A stretch of DNA of 54,901 nt, counting the filler, from Sluysia triapertura (lineage: Eukaryota): the NCBI GenBank assembly GCA_046118255.1. It is 4 parts of 4 records of this genome, joined end to end, with 100 filler letters (N's around TTAATTAATTAA, not from the genome) between each part and the next. Parts side by side here need not be neighbours in the genome. Positions count along the whole stretch, not along the records: positions 39,859 to 54,901 come from JBJNIA010236000.1; 3 more parts are not named here. One strand, given 5' to 3'. A program made the position numbers and the translations under genes. The notes beneath the pieces were generated by a model. The model did no database searches, was not told where the DNA came from, and was given only the letters and a program-made list of their open reading frames with translations. Of this stretch, positions 53,201 through 54,901 are shown piece after piece; the stretch's first letter is position 1, and the number at the start of each line of letters is the position of its first letter.

Positions 53201-53340
53201 TAATGTAGATATGAGCATCCTTATTCGATTGGCCGCTAGTGGATCTTGTGGAGTATGCGTGGGATAACACAGACGAAGTGTGACAGCTTAGAGATATGGA
53301 ATAGTCGTCCAGGGAAAAGATGGGAAGATATGCAAAATAT
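50270..53340 (-). mobile_element. Decayed non-LTR retrotransposon, RLE (R2/NeSL-like) group
   Basis: N-terminal C2H2-like relics (SLRRHLSRKH; KCSCSMVFDSHAELTQH), VPGPNTI, SSWREIAIL, ANAFGSVP, YEDDIVLI near 51200, YLGIPF. Confidence 0.85.
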
Positions 53341-54239
53341 TATTCGTAGTTATTTAAATATCGCTTAGGATAGCCAACAATTATTAGTATCTTGACTCGC
53401 TTTTAAAAAAATACGTTTTAAAGATATAAATAATCGTCCCACTCTTAAGTGACAGTTCACAAAACGGGTACTAGCATCCGCCCGCTCATAATAACATTTT
53501 AGAATTAGTTTAAAGAAAGTAACAATGATGAATCTTTGTCCAGAATGAAATTTGAAAGCGATCAAATCAAAGGAAAATGAGGAAAAACTTCAAAATCAAA
53601 ATGAAGACGAATCTGTTTAATTAATAATCTGTTGGTGTTATTAATCAAGCTGAAGAAAGTAAAGAAAAATTGAATAATAAAATATTATTTTTGTGGTTTA
53701 TAAGTACTCTGACAACTTTTATATTGTGTTTCATGGTAAGATAATGATATTTTGATAATGATAATGGTATCATTTTGTTATTTAATATAACAGCATGTTG
53801 ATGTTTGTAAATGTAGGGAAATCACATAAAGTTCATCACACTTCATCACATAAAAACATTTCACATTTACACAAATTATTAAACAAACTACTAAACTCAT
53901 TCAAAACCGAACATAATAATCGCACATAATTATCATGAACTACAGCTACTATTATTACAATTCAAATCTTATTAAACTATATATAATAATTATAGTGATT
54001 ATTGTTGTATAATATGATTATCAAATAATAACTTTTATAATACATTTCATAATAAATTTCATATCAACATCAACAATTCAATATTAATAAACATAATAAC
54101 CACATTATTGTTATCATTATTATTTCTTTCATCTTTATTATCAATCTTTCTTCTTATTTAGTGTATTTATAGAATTTGATCTATTAACAATTCCAACATT
54201 TCAATCGAACTGTCTCATATAATAGTATGTTTCTTGTAA

Positions 54240-54901
54240 GGGTACAGATATTAATTTAACTGGTTCCTTGCATATTTCAAATAATACAATCATCAAATCG
54301 TCACTTCCATTTTCATTAGATACTAGTAACGGTCGTAGTTTAACTAACATTCATCAAACAATATTTACACCAACACTACCATCTTCAATTTCACTCGTAT
54401 CAAGTGGTAAAGACATGCCTTTATCAACTGTGGAGTCAAATAATATTATCACTATAACAACTGATGTCACTTTATCGCGCTATCGTAACTCTACAAATCA
54501 TTATCAGTGATTAATGTTAACAATAATAATAATTATATCAGTGGAGTCAATCTTAGTGACAATAACAATGCAGATGATTTGAAACAATCACACGCTAATA
54601 ACAGTAGAAGCTTAAAACACTTGGCAGAGAACAAATTTTGTGCAGAACCTCCGAAAGCGTTAAGCATAAACTCAAAAGATTTCATTAGTGATATAAATCG
54701 TAAGAAGATGCAAAGAGTAGATGTAGGAAATCGAATTAAACACATAAATATTCTAGAATCTATAAAGAACAATTTATTATTAGTTAGTTTAAATTTACAT
54801 ATTTCAATTAGAAATAGCATAAATAATCAGAAATATAATACTTGTATTTTACATCGAGCTAATATAATAAATACGAATGGTTTTGTTAGAAACAGAAAAC
54901 A
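54240..54901 (+). pseudogene. S/T/N-rich coding region, frameshifted near 54490, open to window end
   Basis: ORF 54268-54510 plus a second frame open from about 54490 to 54901. Confidence 0.4.

Overview
Very AT-rich eukaryotic, probably invertebrate metazoan DNA (forkhead and DEG/ENaC relics, Penelope/L2/Gypsy elements, GT-AG introns); nothing here looks bacterial. The window is four pieces joined by artificial 100-bp N44-TTAATTAATTAA-N44 linkers (11829, 26447, 39759), so adjacency across them is unreliable. It holds one long open ORF missed by the ORF track (1..1508, minus, N/Q/Y-rich), one aberrant tRNA-like gene, many transposon relics and several decayed copies of conserved genes (GCP2, SET/NAP, FoxJ-like, DEG/ENaC, HECT, EF-hand). 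The two most interesting signals: (1) a Gypsy element (34097..39282, minus) with an aspartic protease plus TM segment AFTER integrase, followed by a packed cassette of small membrane or secreted ORFs, one with a PPxY motif, where env would be; (2) a dispersed family of non-coding, strongly G+T-skewed cassettes headed by CCAAT clusters and ending in TTGGYYACYA, plus a similar skewed tract behind an HSE-CCAAT-TATA promoter. All homology calls are by eye; no searches were run.
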